A DNA stretch of 64,000 bases from Octopus vulgaris (Eukaryota), in contig OX597827.1 of assembly GCA_951406725.2 (NCBI GenBank), positions 44,330,001 through 44,394,000 of the forward strand, given 5' to 3'. Position 1 is the stretch's first letter; each line of letters starts with the position of its first letter. Below, in pieces: positions 13,542 through 25,718 of this stretch. The position numbers and the translations under genes were made by a program. The notes under the pieces were generated by a model. It saw only the letters and a list, made by a program, of their open reading frames with translations. It was not told the DNA's origin and did not search any database.

Positions 13542-13888
13542 TATGTATATATATATATGCATATGTACATATATATACATACATACACATTCCTAGATGT
13601 GTGTGTATTTATGTGTGTATATATGTGTGTGTGTTTGTGCTTCTGCGTGTAGGTATATTTCATACGTGCGCTCACACACGAGCAGTTTCAAGCACACATC
13701 CGCACACTCATGCATGCTGATAATATGACATGATGTTATAATTGCATTTGAAGGTGTGTTGCTATGCCAACCGGAGAACAAATGTCAGCTCCCTTCTGCG
13801 CGTGCGTGTTGTGGGATGTAAAAGCGGGAAATGCTGTAGCGACTTTTGTGTAATGTATATGTGAACTGTGCATGATATGTGTGGTTGT

Positions 13889-13935
<47 letters not shown>

Positions 13936-14370
13936 TGCGTTGATGTGACCGTGTGAGTGTATGTGTGTGTTTGTGTGCATATGTGTGTGTGGATGCGTGT
14001 GCGTGTATGTGAGTTGGTTTTATGTGCGTGTTTGTATTAGATATGTATTGTGTGTGTGCTTGTGTGTGTATGCGTATGTGTTTGAATGCGTTTGTGTGTG
14101 TGGGGGGGAGAGTGTGTGTATCTTTGTGTGTGTGTGTGTGTGTGCATTTGTTTGTGTAAGTGTGTATGTGTGTCCGCGTGTATGTATCTGTGTGCTTGCG
14201 TGCGTGCGTACGTACGTGCGTACGTGCGTGCGTGCGTGCGTACGTGCGTGCGTGCGTGCGTACGTGAGTGTGTGTGTGTGCGTGCGTGCTTTTGTGCGTT
14301 CGTGCGTGCGTTCATGCGTGTTTACGTGCGTGCGTGCGTTCGTGCGTGCGTGCGATCGTGCGTGCGTGTG
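10200..14370. repeat. Dense compound microsatellite region: (CA)n, (GGT)n, (GAA)n, (GAT/GAC)n, (TA)n, (GCGT)n
   Basis: Directly visible. It generates the low-complexity ORFs in the ORF track. Confidence 0.95.
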
Positions 14371-14549
14371 TGAAAGCCTCATATCGGAAAGGCTAAGATG
14401 TAATCATTAAAAATCACAAGGTCCTGCGATCGTACTTGGGCCAGTATCATTTCCTAAAACCTCAGTTCGGTCCATAATTCTTAAGCGAAATTGGATATGC
14501 GGAAACTATACAGAACCTCATCAACCGTACACATAATTCTAAAGTACAG

Positions 14550-15310
14550 CCTAGTCACTCTGTCACGCCGATTCTGCCAGAAAACTATGTTAAGAACACG
14601 TGTGTGTGGAATACTCAACCGCATAGACGTCGATTCAGAGACAGGAAACTCTGTTGAGATCAAACAAGTGAATCCTTATCGTCGTGGTAGAGTTTTGAGG
14701 CCAGCTACCTCTGAGGAACAGAGGTCATTATAGTTTGTTGTTTTTTGTTTGTTCCTTCTCGAGCCATGCCTTGCTCATAAGGGCCGGTTTCCCGGTTTCC
14801 TTGGCGTATAGGTTCCCCACCTGGTCGGGACGCCGGTCCGTCGCAGGTGAGCTGCAAGATACAGGAGGAAAGAGTGAGAGAAAGTTGTGGCGAAAGAGTC
14901 AGCAGAAGTTCGCCATTACCTTCTGTCGGAGCTGCGTGGAGCTTAGGTGTTTCGTTCATAAACACACACATCGCCCGGTCTGAGATTCGAATCCGCGATC
15001 CCTCGACATCGAGTCCGCTGCTCTAACCACTAGGCCATGTGCCTCCACGGTCAATATAGTAGAGACAGAAAAGGCACTGGGAGGAGAAAACACGCCTGTG
15101 AGCCGCAAACTGGAGTGTGTCTGTATCAGAGTACCAATCAACCGAGTGGCCCTTCTCTAGCCGCTCGAGTGGCCTTTCTCCGGGTGCGGTCCATGATGTC
15201 AGTGAGAGTGTTAACAACAGAACTGTCTTTGATGTGGGCGCAGTATTCCATTGTCTGTCAGCAGACTACTGAAAGCTGAAATATCTTTTGGTCCTGAAGA
15301 GAAGCGTTAG
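14550..15310 (-). mobile_element. CR1/Jockey-like LINE ORF2 C-terminal relic split by a SINE
   Basis: Reads MEYCAHI...DIMDRTRRKATR and DTLQFAAHRRVFSSQCLFCLYY-NDLCSSE across the SINE, resembling the post-RT MEYCSHIW...LAHRR.V.SL.LFY.YY region. Confidence 0.65.
14735..15048 (-). mobile_element. Group C SINE with TSD
   Basis: Head gtggaggcacatggcctagtggttagagcagcggactcg. Flanked by ggtcattatagt/ggtcaatatagt. Similar to 22465-22769 and 20680-20967. Confidence 0.9.
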
Positions 15311-15383
15311 GGATTTCATGCAAGGCAATTTTCCCACGGGTCGGGGATAATGCGCATAAGAAAATACAATAAAATACATAATA

Positions 15384-15878
15384 CAGATCGTCGTCGACTT
15401 ACGACCACGATTGGTTCCGATTGACCGGACGTAAGTCGATTTGGTCGTAAGTCGGCCTATAAGACTACATAGCTTTATTTTATATTTTTTCCATTCTTAA
15501 GGTACATTCTCGGGCAAAAGTCACACACAGCATTCTATATTATAATATTATATTGGCATTAGTCAAAAAATTCGGAGTCTTATTAAGAAATACGCGGTTG
15601 CTTCGATGTCTCCGCGACAGGATATTTATCCAACACCTAGTATAACCACAGTGGTGATCGATAACCAAACCTAGAGGAAGCGTTTGTTAGCTGACATCAT
15701 CCATAGACGGGTTAATTTCTAAGAGATCTGGTTAATTTCTTAAAAATGAAACCCGTTAGATTTCAACTGGATTATTTATTATTGCTGCCGGGAGCTGGCG
15801 CGTCAATCGTCGTAAAGTCGATCGGTCGTAAGTCGGGTAGGTCGTAAGTCGGATAGGTCGTAAGTCGACAATGACCTG
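15384..15878. mobile_element. pogo/Tigger-type MITE
   Basis: TA TSDs, 23-bp imperfect TIR cagrtcrtygtcgacttacgacc, subterminal tandem ggtcgtaagtcg repeats. Confidence 0.85.
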
Positions 15879-16241
15879 TATATTCTACATATATATTATT
15901 TATTATTCTATTTATGCGCCCTTTTGAAGCCTAGCTAGGCTCATGGGCCCGGTTTCCCGGTTTCTGTGAGGCCCAGCACATGCAGCGACTCTGACTGCTC
16001 CAGCTGAGCGCTAAATGTGTTTAGAGAGGTGGAGGGTGGTGGTCTTTAGTTGATATGAGTAAGTATGGCGGTTGAGAGGGAGTCGGAAGAGCGGAGGTGG
16101 TGAAGTACATGTATGTGTGAGAAAGGTGGGGTTATGTGTGGGATATGTATGACCGTAAGTAGAAAGGTAATACACGAGCGTATGTTACTAAACAGCATAT
16201 ATTCGTGTGCGCGTGTGAGTGTGAGTGCACGCGCGCGTGTA

Positions 16242-16309
<68 letters not shown>

Positions 16310-16313
<4 letters not shown>

Positions 16314-16660
16314 ATATTGCTGACGTGGGTTGAACGGGTTTGCTTCTGCATAGCATTTCGCCACTTTCGACAGTCCTTTGTTACATCCTTCAAAAGGGCC
16401 TGAACCCTGAAATCACATCTTCCTCGGGAACCTCTTTCGCAAGCTCCTCCCATCTGAATCGTAACCCCCAAATCCACAATCGGCGACTCTCACTTTCTTC
16501 CCCACGCCCCACCCCGCTTCATCTGCGCTCTGCCCTTCACATATGCCGACATTGAACATTCAGCGGAGCATGCTCACCTCACTTCTTTCCAGCCTTTGCA
16601 TCTCTTCCTCATTTTGTAACCCTGTTCTGCTACAATGCAATACCGCACTTCGTACGTAAG
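16310..16660 (-). mobile_element. RTE-clade LINE 3' relic
   Basis: Degenerate EEMQRLEK..SMLR*MFNV and GACERG...VTKDCRKWRNAM motifs. Confidence 0.55.
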
Positions 16661-16789
16661 CATATTACAATCTAACCTTCACTCAAAATCAAAAACACAT
16701 TGCTGCCATCAGAGGTAACAGTTCCAAGAACATATTCTACTTCATTGTTATTTTGGTTCTCATGCTTTCGTCATATTACCCTCGATGTA

Positions 16790-17689
16790 CCGTAAATCCT
16801 CGAGTATAATCCGCACTTTTATCCCAAATTTTAAAGGTCAAAATCCCTAGTGCGTACTATATACGATGTTAAAAATGAAAAATATTTTCTAAGCAATGTC
16901 CGAATCTCTATTTGCTGTCCGGCAATGTTTATTCAGACACATTTTGTGATGTCGGGCGCGAAAATACCTTAAGCTAAGCCTGAAAGCAATGAAGTCATAA
17001 AGTGATTTATGGACTGAATGGATGTCGACTGGAGAAAAGTCGTTCACTAAAGGTGGAAGGGTTCGCGCACCCGACCTGACTTTGATATGCAAATGTATCG
17101 TGTATGCATGGAATGAACTTGATCCTCAGATCATTGTGAAAGGTTTTATCAAATGTTGTATATCGTCTGCACTGAATGGTACTCAGGATGACGTTGTATG
17201 GAAAGACGAAATGAATGAAAGTGAATCTTCTGATGTTGACTATAAATCTGACGATGACGGATATTTACACTACAATGATGTTGACATGTTTACAGAGGAA
17301 CAAATGGAACAGTTATTTGATGCTGAGAGTGACGTTGAATTTGAAGGATTTGAATAAATGTCTTTGCTTTTGCAACTGATGGTGATAAATATGTAAAGGC
17401 AATTTACTTAATATTTATTTTTTACTGATGTTATTACTGTTATTTCTTTATTTTCTGCGAACAAAATGCACAAAGAAGCTACACGTTTGCATAATGTTAT
17501 GTATACAATAATAATAAAGGACGTTACCGTATACATTTTTACAAACCAAGGACGTTATATAGACCTCCTTAGCTCAAGTTAGAGAAGGGGTGCGTATTAT
17601 ACACAAGGTTTAGGTTTTTCAGAGGTACTGCCCCCTAAAAATCCCCTGCGTATTATACTCAAGGGCGGATTATACTCGAGGATTTACGA
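16790..17689 (+). mobile_element. Internally deleted pogo-like DNA transposon retaining the transposase C-terminus (ORF 17022-17357)
   Basis: TIR ccgtaaatcctcgagtataatccgc at both ends with TA TSDs. ORF KSFTKGGRVRAP..AWNEL..IIVKGFIKCCISSALNGTQDD plus an acidic tail is POGK/pogo-like. Confidence 0.88.
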
Positions 17690-18131
17690 TAAGTAACAAA
17701 AACTCTCAACCTCTTGTCTCTGGGGTCATTAAAAGATTTCATTTCATTAGGGATTTTTTCTCGCTGCTATTGTTACACGAAAGCGCGAAACCTAATGGTT
17801 AGGGATATTGCAATCACGGTCGCGAATTCGTAGTTTGGATTCGCAGGCCATGCATTTTGGTGCCTCTGGACCTCTTTTCTTTTGTAGCGGTTCACAAAGC
17901 AGATGTTGCGCCACTTATAGGTAGATAAATCCCCGTGCTAATTGACTAAGCGAGCGACAAGTGTCGCCTACTTCACCGAACATTTTCAACATCTTGGCAA
18001 CTATCGCCGGTAGCCCTGCTGTTTTCGTATACTTAATACTCCTTTCGATCGTACGACTGTCAGTTCAACAGCTGGTCTCACAGTGGGCTCTATTTGGAGT
18101 AGTTCCTAACACGTCCAACAGCGTGTAGTAA

Positions 18132-18202
<71 letters not shown>

Positions 18203-18376
18203 AATCCATGCTTCTTTCTTCACAGACTCAGTGAAGACAAGCGCACTACAGCCATTCCGAACACACTTCCACCGACGCAATCTTCGTTCATGATAAGACA
18301 TTGCCTCACAATGTGGACCGCTTTACATCATTGGAAACCCTTATAATTTTAGGTTCTTTCCAAGTTACGTAAACCT

Positions 18377-18430
<54 letters not shown>

Positions 18431-18457
18431 TACTACTTTACTATATATATATATATA

Positions 18458-18615
18458 CGACGGGCTTCTTTCAGTCTCCGTCTACCAAATCCACTCACAA
18501 GGCTTTTGTCGGCCCGAGGCTATAGTGGAAGATACTAGTCCAAGGTGTTACGCAGTGGGACTGAACCCGGAACCATGACGTTGAGAAGCAAGCTTCTTAC
18601 CACGGAGCCACAGAG
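18458..18615 (-). mobile_element. Group A SINE 5' half
   Basis: Matches the group A head and core. Confidence 0.8.
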
Positions 18616-18639
18616 GAGGATAGACACACAAATTGAATT

Positions 18640-20115
18640 GAAGACAGCGTTCTGAGGATCGACTGTTAAAGCTGGCGCAATACGATGCCAACACCTGCAA
18701 TTTTAGCATCCATTTCAGCCTCCTGCTTCCAATCACTCGTGAATATGGCCCCGAGATGCTTCCATTCTCCACATATCTTATGTCTCATTAAAGTTCCTCT
18801 AACATGCCGAGTGCACCGAGAAGACTTTCTTGGAATGACTGATGTCTTAGTTTTCGTAACAATAATTCTCATCCGTTCCTGGATATAGCACAATATATAC
18901 TTACTTATCCATATATTATCCATCTATCCATTTTCGCTGCCCAGGATTCGTTGGCGTAGAGTCCTCATGCAGCTTCTCCATAAGGTCTTATCAAAAGTAA
19001 CCGCCATTGCATTTACCCGCCGAATTCTCAAGCATGACCGCTGAGACAATTGATTTTATCCAACTATTTCGCTCGTAATCTACCCCTAGATTTCTTTATC
19101 GCTTTGATCCATTTCAAAAATCATCTCTTGCGATCCTTTCCTATGACGTTCTCCTATGACTCCATATACAGTGCATAGTGGAGATTACCTTCTGATGAGC
19201 CACGTAGCACCATGTTGTCTACAAATACCGGCCGACTGATCCTACACCCATCAATTGTAATATCACTCCCACAACGGCTGTACATGTCAATCCAGTTCAT
19301 AAAAATTATTAAAAAAAGAGAAGTGACAATGCACATCCCTGCCGAAATCCAACATCCACGTTCAAACATCTACGCTTCGACTTTACACCATTTACCCGAA
19401 CATAAACATCTGACCATTTGCAAAATACAAGTTGCCTCTTAATCCCAAATTTCAGCAAAAACCCTCCACAACATGTCCCATGGCCCATGATCATATGCTT
19501 TCTCGAACTCTATAAAGCAAGATTACAACTTTTAGCAATGGATGGAAGCACTCCGTCGGTTACGACGACGAGGGCTCCGGTTGATCCGAATCAACGGAAC
19601 AGCCTGCTCGTTAAAATAAACGTGTAAGTGGCTGAGCACTCCACAGACACGTAGTTCTTAACGTAGTTCTCAGGGATATTCAGCGTGACACAGAGAGTGA
19701 CAAGGCCGGCTCTTTGAAATTCAAGGTACAACAGAAACAGGAAGTAAGAGTGAGAGAAAGTTGTGGTGAAAGAGTACAGCAGGGATCACCACCATCCCCT
19801 GCCGGAGCCTCGTGGAGCTTTAGGTGTTTTCGCTCAATAAACACTCACAACGCCCGGTCTGGGAATCGAAACCGCGATCCTATGACCGCGAGTCCGCTGC
19901 CCTAACCACTGGGCCATTGCGCCTCCAACTTTTAGCAATATTCCCACGATTTCTCGAAGATCTGCCACAGAGTAAATAACTGGTCGGCTGTGCTATATCC
20001 AGGACGGAAACCACACTGTTCTTCAGCTAGCCTTGATCCCGACAATTCCTCTACAAACCTTTTCCAGACACCTAACATAGTAATTACCGGGAAGGCTCAG
20101 CAAGGAGATTTTTCT
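18640..20115 (-). mobile_element. RTE-clade LINE reverse-transcriptase relic, interrupted
   Basis: LAEEQCGFRPGYSTADQLFTLWQIFEKSWEY, FIEFEKAYD, VGFRQGCALS, FVDNMVL and KHLGAIFTSDWKQEAEMDAKI, with stops and frameshifts. Confidence 0.88.
19540..19926 (-). mobile_element. Group C SINE inserted in the LINE
   Basis: 14-bp TSD caacttttagcaat on both sides; tRNA-like head. Confidence 0.9.
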
Positions 20116-20597
20116 ATCAGTTGACTTTAAATATTTAAAACGAAATCCATTGCAACCGATATCGTCTTCATTTCCCAAAAATATTTGACTTTGCTCACAT
20201 TATTGAAGTTACTTCCCTTCTACTTTTTCTTCATTTATTTTTCTCTTTTCTTATGATTTTTAAACACCCCACTCCCTCCCCCGAGAAAAAGTTTTCTCTC
20301 AACTAAATACGTGGCTAACTCAATCGAAATTTTTTCTTCTCACTAAATTACGTTGGCTCTAACATATTTGTGATTATCATGCAGAGAGATATTTTCTATC
20401 AGTCATGTTGCTGATGTGCATGTTCAGCATCACTACATCTCTCTCTCTCTCTCTCTCTTTATATATATATATATATATATAGGGAGAGAGAGAGAGAGAG
20501 ACTTGAAAAGGGCGCATAAATAAAATAATGTATGTATGCATGTGTGTGTGCTTGTATATATATATATATATATACACACACATACATGCGTACATAC

Positions 20598-20643
<46 letters not shown>

Positions 20644-20679
20644 AGCACACACACATACATGCATACATACATTATTTTA

Positions 20680-20967
20680 TTTATACGCCCTTTTCAAGTC
20701 TAGCCAGGCTCGTGGGCCTAGTTTCCCGGTTTCTATGGCGTATGTGTTCCCCCCAGCTGGACGGGACGCCAGTCCATCGCAGCGTTACACGAGAAACAGG
20801 AAGAAAGAGTGAGAGAAAGTTGGGGCGAAAGAATACAACAGGGGTCGCCAACACCCCCTGCCGGAGCCTCGCGGAGCTTTAGGTGTTTCGCTCAAAACAC
20901 ACATAACTCTCGGACTGGGAATCGAAACCGCGAGTCCGCTGCCCTAACTAGGCCATTGCGCCTCCAC
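20680..20967 (-). mobile_element. Group C SINE
   Basis: Head gtggaggcgcaatggcc; similar to 14735-15048. Confidence 0.85.
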
Positions 20968-20984
20968 GTACATATTTAATTTAT

Positions 20985-21260
20985 ATTATCCATCTATCCA
21001 TTTATTATGTTATCCATCTATCCATTTTCGCTGCCCAGGATTCGTTGGCGTAGAGTCCTCATGCAGCTTCTCCATAAGGTCTTATCAAAAGTAACCGCCA
21101 TTGCATTTACACGCCGAATTCTCAAGCATGACCACTGAGACAATTGATTTTATCCAATTATTTCGCTCGTAATCTACCCCTAGATTTCTTTATCGGTTTG
21201 ATCCATTTCAAGAATCATCTCTTGCGATCCTTTCCTATGACGTTCTAACTCCATATCTGT
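20985..21260 (-). mobile_element. RTE LINE 3' end with (GGAT)-like tail; second copy at 18905-19152
   Basis: Near-identical ~245 bp at both sites, reading as a degenerate RTE C-terminus. Confidence 0.65.
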
Positions 21261-21661
21261 CGTACAGGAACTGGGCAGATGTGAATCAGCGAGTGAGAAG
21301 GTGGACGACTAACTTATCCGAGGCTACAGTCACAGGAGCGATTAAAGTACTCGAATGTGGCAGGGCCGCCGGATAAGATGATATGCGGCCGGTCGTGTTA
21401 TAAGCCTTCAATAGAAAATGAACACGTGTGGTTTAGACCTTTGGAAATGCACCAAAACAAAGACAATCCGAAGTGATACTCTCAAAAATTAAAAGAGACA
21501 CGCGATAGAGTGATTCAATTATAGAGGGATCTTGTTAAGTCTGTCCGGTAAAATCTACGCTGAGTATCTGAAAGAGAGACGTAGGGAGATTTTCGAGCCC
21601 AAAGTAGCAAAACTATTTTGAGAGTGAATACTGTAAAAACTATGTATACATATAAACTAAT

Positions 21662-21700
<39 letters not shown>

Positions 21701-22464
21701 CGTGCTTGTTTAACAAACAGAATGGAGAAGCCGTTGAATCAAATTTCTCTCATGAAAGAAAGCCATTCATCTCTTGGTTATAGGAACATATACAAGGGAG
21801 ATCACCTCGAGAGTTTAAAGGGAGGCTACTCTTTAGTATTACGTAGATATTTAATTTTCTACAATAAAATATACACCATTCACGTTATATATTCTATGTC
21901 TCTTTCAGCTGAATTGCTAGTAGCTCGCTTCGTTGGCTGCTTTCTACTCAATGTCCATTGATCCAATTTCCATTAGTATTTCTCCAGGAATCTTGCTAGT
22001 TACATATACTTCCTAAATGATATCACCACATTTTCCTTCCTTTATTTTTTTTCCTCAATGTTAACTTTTATGATTTATCTTATTGGGATGCGAAGGATGG
22101 ATTATATTTTCTATGATTTTATTTGAGGATAAAATATTACACATATTTGACCGAATGAACAGTCTTATTGCTACGAGTCAAAAAAAGATAACTATAACGT
22201 TTTAGAATAAACATTCTAAGACTCGCCATTCAGTTTATACAATAATTTACTTTCACACGTACATACAGTGGTCATAGCGGTTCTGTTTTGCACTCGTAAT
22301 CGCACGATCATGGTTTCGATTCCGATACCGGCGATGCGTTGTGTTCTTCATTAAAACGCTCCCTTTCAAATTGCTTCAGTCAGCTTCGCAGTAAATGGGT
22401 AACGCTGCGACAGTCTAACGTTCAGTTCAGGAGGGTTGGACACTGCGCCGCCCACCTAGATAGT

Positions 22465-22769
22465 TGCTGTTTGTTCCTTCTCGAGCCATGCCTGGCTCAT
22501 GAGGGTCGGTTCCCGGTTTCCTTGGCGTATAGGTTCCCCACCTGGACGCGACGCCGGCCCGTCGCAGGTGAGCTGCATGATGCAGGAGGAAAGAGTGAGA
22601 GAAAGTTGTGGCGAAAGAGTCAGCAGAAGTTCGCCATTACCTTCTGCCGGAGCCGCATGGAGCTAAGGTGTTCCGCTCATAAATACACACATCGCCCGGT
22701 CTGAGATTCGAACCAGCGATCCCTCGACCGCGAGTCCGCTGCTCTAATCACTAGGTCATGTGCCTCCAC
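22465..22769 (-). mobile_element. Group C SINE with TSD
   Basis: Flanked by ccacctagatagt direct repeats. Confidence 0.9.
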
Positions 22770-23124
22770 CTAGATAGTAGAGTGGTATCATTCGAAAAGC
22801 TACAACTTGAAGAAGCACATTGTGACCAGCAATGATACAGTAATACTCTACAAGTTGATCTGATGAATATGATTATTTATTCAGAGAAAATAAGTCTTCG
22901 AACAATTATCTTTACCTTTTAAAATATGGAATTACATAAATTCAAATTTGAACGACATATCATGTTAATAGTGCGAAAAATTCTAATCGGTTTGACGAAG
23001 ATCGAACTTTTATTGAACTATGGTCAGAATTAATACGATTATATGTGTCATGTCAATTCGTTCCGAAAATTTCTCTACGTAATCTCATTAAGGAAGAGTA
23101 AAATTGTGTGCACACACACACACA

Positions 23125-23209
<85 letters not shown>

Positions 23210-23218
<9 letters not shown>

Positions 23219-23825
23219 TTGCAAGATCCTTGATGTGAAATCGTGTGTTGAAATATATTGTTGTATTTAGGAATGGTCATGTTGCCAGTTTTGCCAATAA
23301 AATGGCTGATCGTTAGTAAGGAGAGACACACACACAAATAAGAAAAAAGAAAGCAAAGGACCACAGTTGAGGTCACAGAAGTGTGACGAAAGAACTCTGG
23401 CCGAAATAAGATTAAGATTAATGTAAAAAATAAATAAAGCTGAAGCAAATTAACACCAAATATATAGTGCGTGTATTGGCTAAACTGGCAACATGACCAT
23501 TCCTAAATACAACAATATATATAGGGAGAGTTTACGAAAAAAACATAAGACGAAGACACGTGGTGTACAAAACAAACAGATATATTAGTATAACGCTCAG
23601 GAATAGAAAAAGTATTTTACGTTTCGAGCCTACGCTCTTCTATAGAAAGGGACACAGAAAAAACAAGGAGAGAAAAAAGTGTGTGTAGTGGCTAACGATC
23701 TATCATGGCGTCTGTATGTATATATATATATATATATGTTTGTTTGTATTCCACCTGCCTTCGTCTTTTGTTTATTTCCGTAAACCTGCCTTCGTCTTTT
23801 GTCTATTTTCATAAAGCTTCCCGTT
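23210..23825. mobile_element. Two adjacent (TA)n-embedded elements with inverted terminal segments (Penelope-like, tentative)
   Basis: 47-bp inverted repeat at 23253-23299/23474-23520. A second imperfect inverted pair at ~23524-23580/23736-23822. Confidence 0.5.
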
Positions 23826-23999
23826 ATATATATATATATATATATATACATATATACGCACACGCATATATATATACACACACATATATATATATATATG
23901 CACACACACATATATATACACACACAGACATATATATACACACACAGACATATATATACACACACATATATACACACACATATATACACACACACTTTA

Positions 24000-24467
24000 C
24001 TTCTTTCAAGGTTCTTTGTTAATCTAAAATATACTCTCTTTATTTTCTTCCATGTATTTGGTAGACTTGCAAGGCTCCTCTTCCAAAATTCATTTGTCCA
24101 TGTCGAAAAATACTCCAAAAATAGAATTATTTAAATTCCTCTAACGTTTATAAACTCTAATGACGTCATCAGTATCTAAGAACGTTCTACTAGGAATAAT
24201 TCTCAACTAATGGCAGTGGGTAATTCACTGGACATGTACCTCACATTTCAAAAAATACTTCTCCGGTACTGTTCTGACTTTCTCTACAGAATTTATATTT
24301 TTTTCCGTCCAAATGATTTTGAAGACTGCGGAATGAATGATAATCAGATGGGGCAATATCCGGCGAATGTTCTTGTTGGGCATCATAGGGATGACGGTGA
24401 CGATGATGATGATCACGATGACGATGATGATGATGACGATGACGATGATGATGATGACGATGATGAC

Positions 24468-24500
<33 letters not shown>

Positions 24501-25718
24501 GACGATGATGATCATGATGACGATGATAATGATGACGATGACGATGATGATGATGATGATGACGATGACGATGATGATGATGACGATGATGATGATGACG
24601 ATGATGATGATGATGATGATGATGATAGTGGTAATAACTGTGGTGGTGGTGGAGATGGCCGAGGGTGGGTGGTGGTGGGAAGGGTGTTGCGGTGATGATA
24701 GTGATGAGGATGATGATGATGATGATGATAGTGGTATTCGAACTGGGTGGGGCATTCGAACTGCTTCGTTTCCCATTCAAACTTTGGACTGTTATCCGCG
24801 CTGTATGTGGTTGAGCATTATCCTGATGGTAGAACACATTTGATCTTGAAACCAAAGATGGTCGGTTTTCTTCTATCGTTGACCTAAGCCGCTCAAGCTG
24901 CTCGCAGTAGATCTTTGTCATCGTTTGTTTGGGGGTTTAAAAGCTCAAAGTGGACTAAACCTTTCGTACCCCACAAAACAGATAGCAACACTTTACGTGG
25001 GTAAAGACCTTCATTAGCCGGGGGTGCCTGTGTTTCTCCTTTCCCTACTCTGTCTTCAGCATTTGACATCTTTACAGAGAACTCATTTCTCGTCACCAGT
25101 CACTATTCGGTACAAAAAAGGTTCATTCATGAGACATGACAGCATAGAAGAGCACACATTCATTCTCTGCATGCACTTAAGCTTGGAAAGCTTGTGGGGA
25201 ACCTATTGATCTAGTTTGCTGATTTTTCCAATGGCACGCAAGTGTCGATAAATGGTGGAATGACCAAATCCAAGCTTCTCTGCAACGACGGGATTTTTTT
25301 CCATCGAGGTTTGTAGGATGTCTTCCTCGAGCTCTACAGATCTTTCAGGACGGGGCTTGTCTTCTAGGCTGTCGTTTCCGACTCGGAATTTCTGGAACCA
25401 CCGTTGACACTGGCTTACGCTTATTGTCCGACCCCCATATACTGCATTAATATTCCTCGCACTTTCTCTTCCCTTGTTGTCTTTATTGAACTCATGAAGC
25501 AAAATATGCCGAATATGCTCCTTTGTCCCTTCCATTATAGCTTTGAACAAATAACTGTTGAAATCGAACTGCTCTCTTCAAATATTGCACCAAAAATAAT
25601 GACAAGGTAAAATTACTACCTGCTTTTATAGCAAGATGATGCAGATAGTTTATCCCGTCCCCCTCCGACTATTAGTTTATACAATTGAAAAAACCGCATT
25701 ATTTATGGGATGACCCAA
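24000..25718 (-). mobile_element. mariner transposon, degenerate transposase, with two insertions
   Basis: 5' TIR ttgggtcatcccataaataatgcggtttt next to TA. Motifs HIRHILLHEF, QRWFQKF, *VPHKL, IVTGDEK, HQDNAQPH and SPDIAPSDYH. Confidence 0.93.

Noticed and set aside
14975-15048. tRNA-like sequence with A and B boxes (also 19850-19926, 22695-22769)
   Set aside because: These are SINE heads continuous with SINE bodies and TSDs, not tRNA genes.
24210-24695. Poly-Asp ORF resembling acidic biomineral proteins (also 11942-12772)
   Set aside because: It is a (GAT/GAC)n tract whose N-terminal part is antisense mariner or (TA)n sequence.
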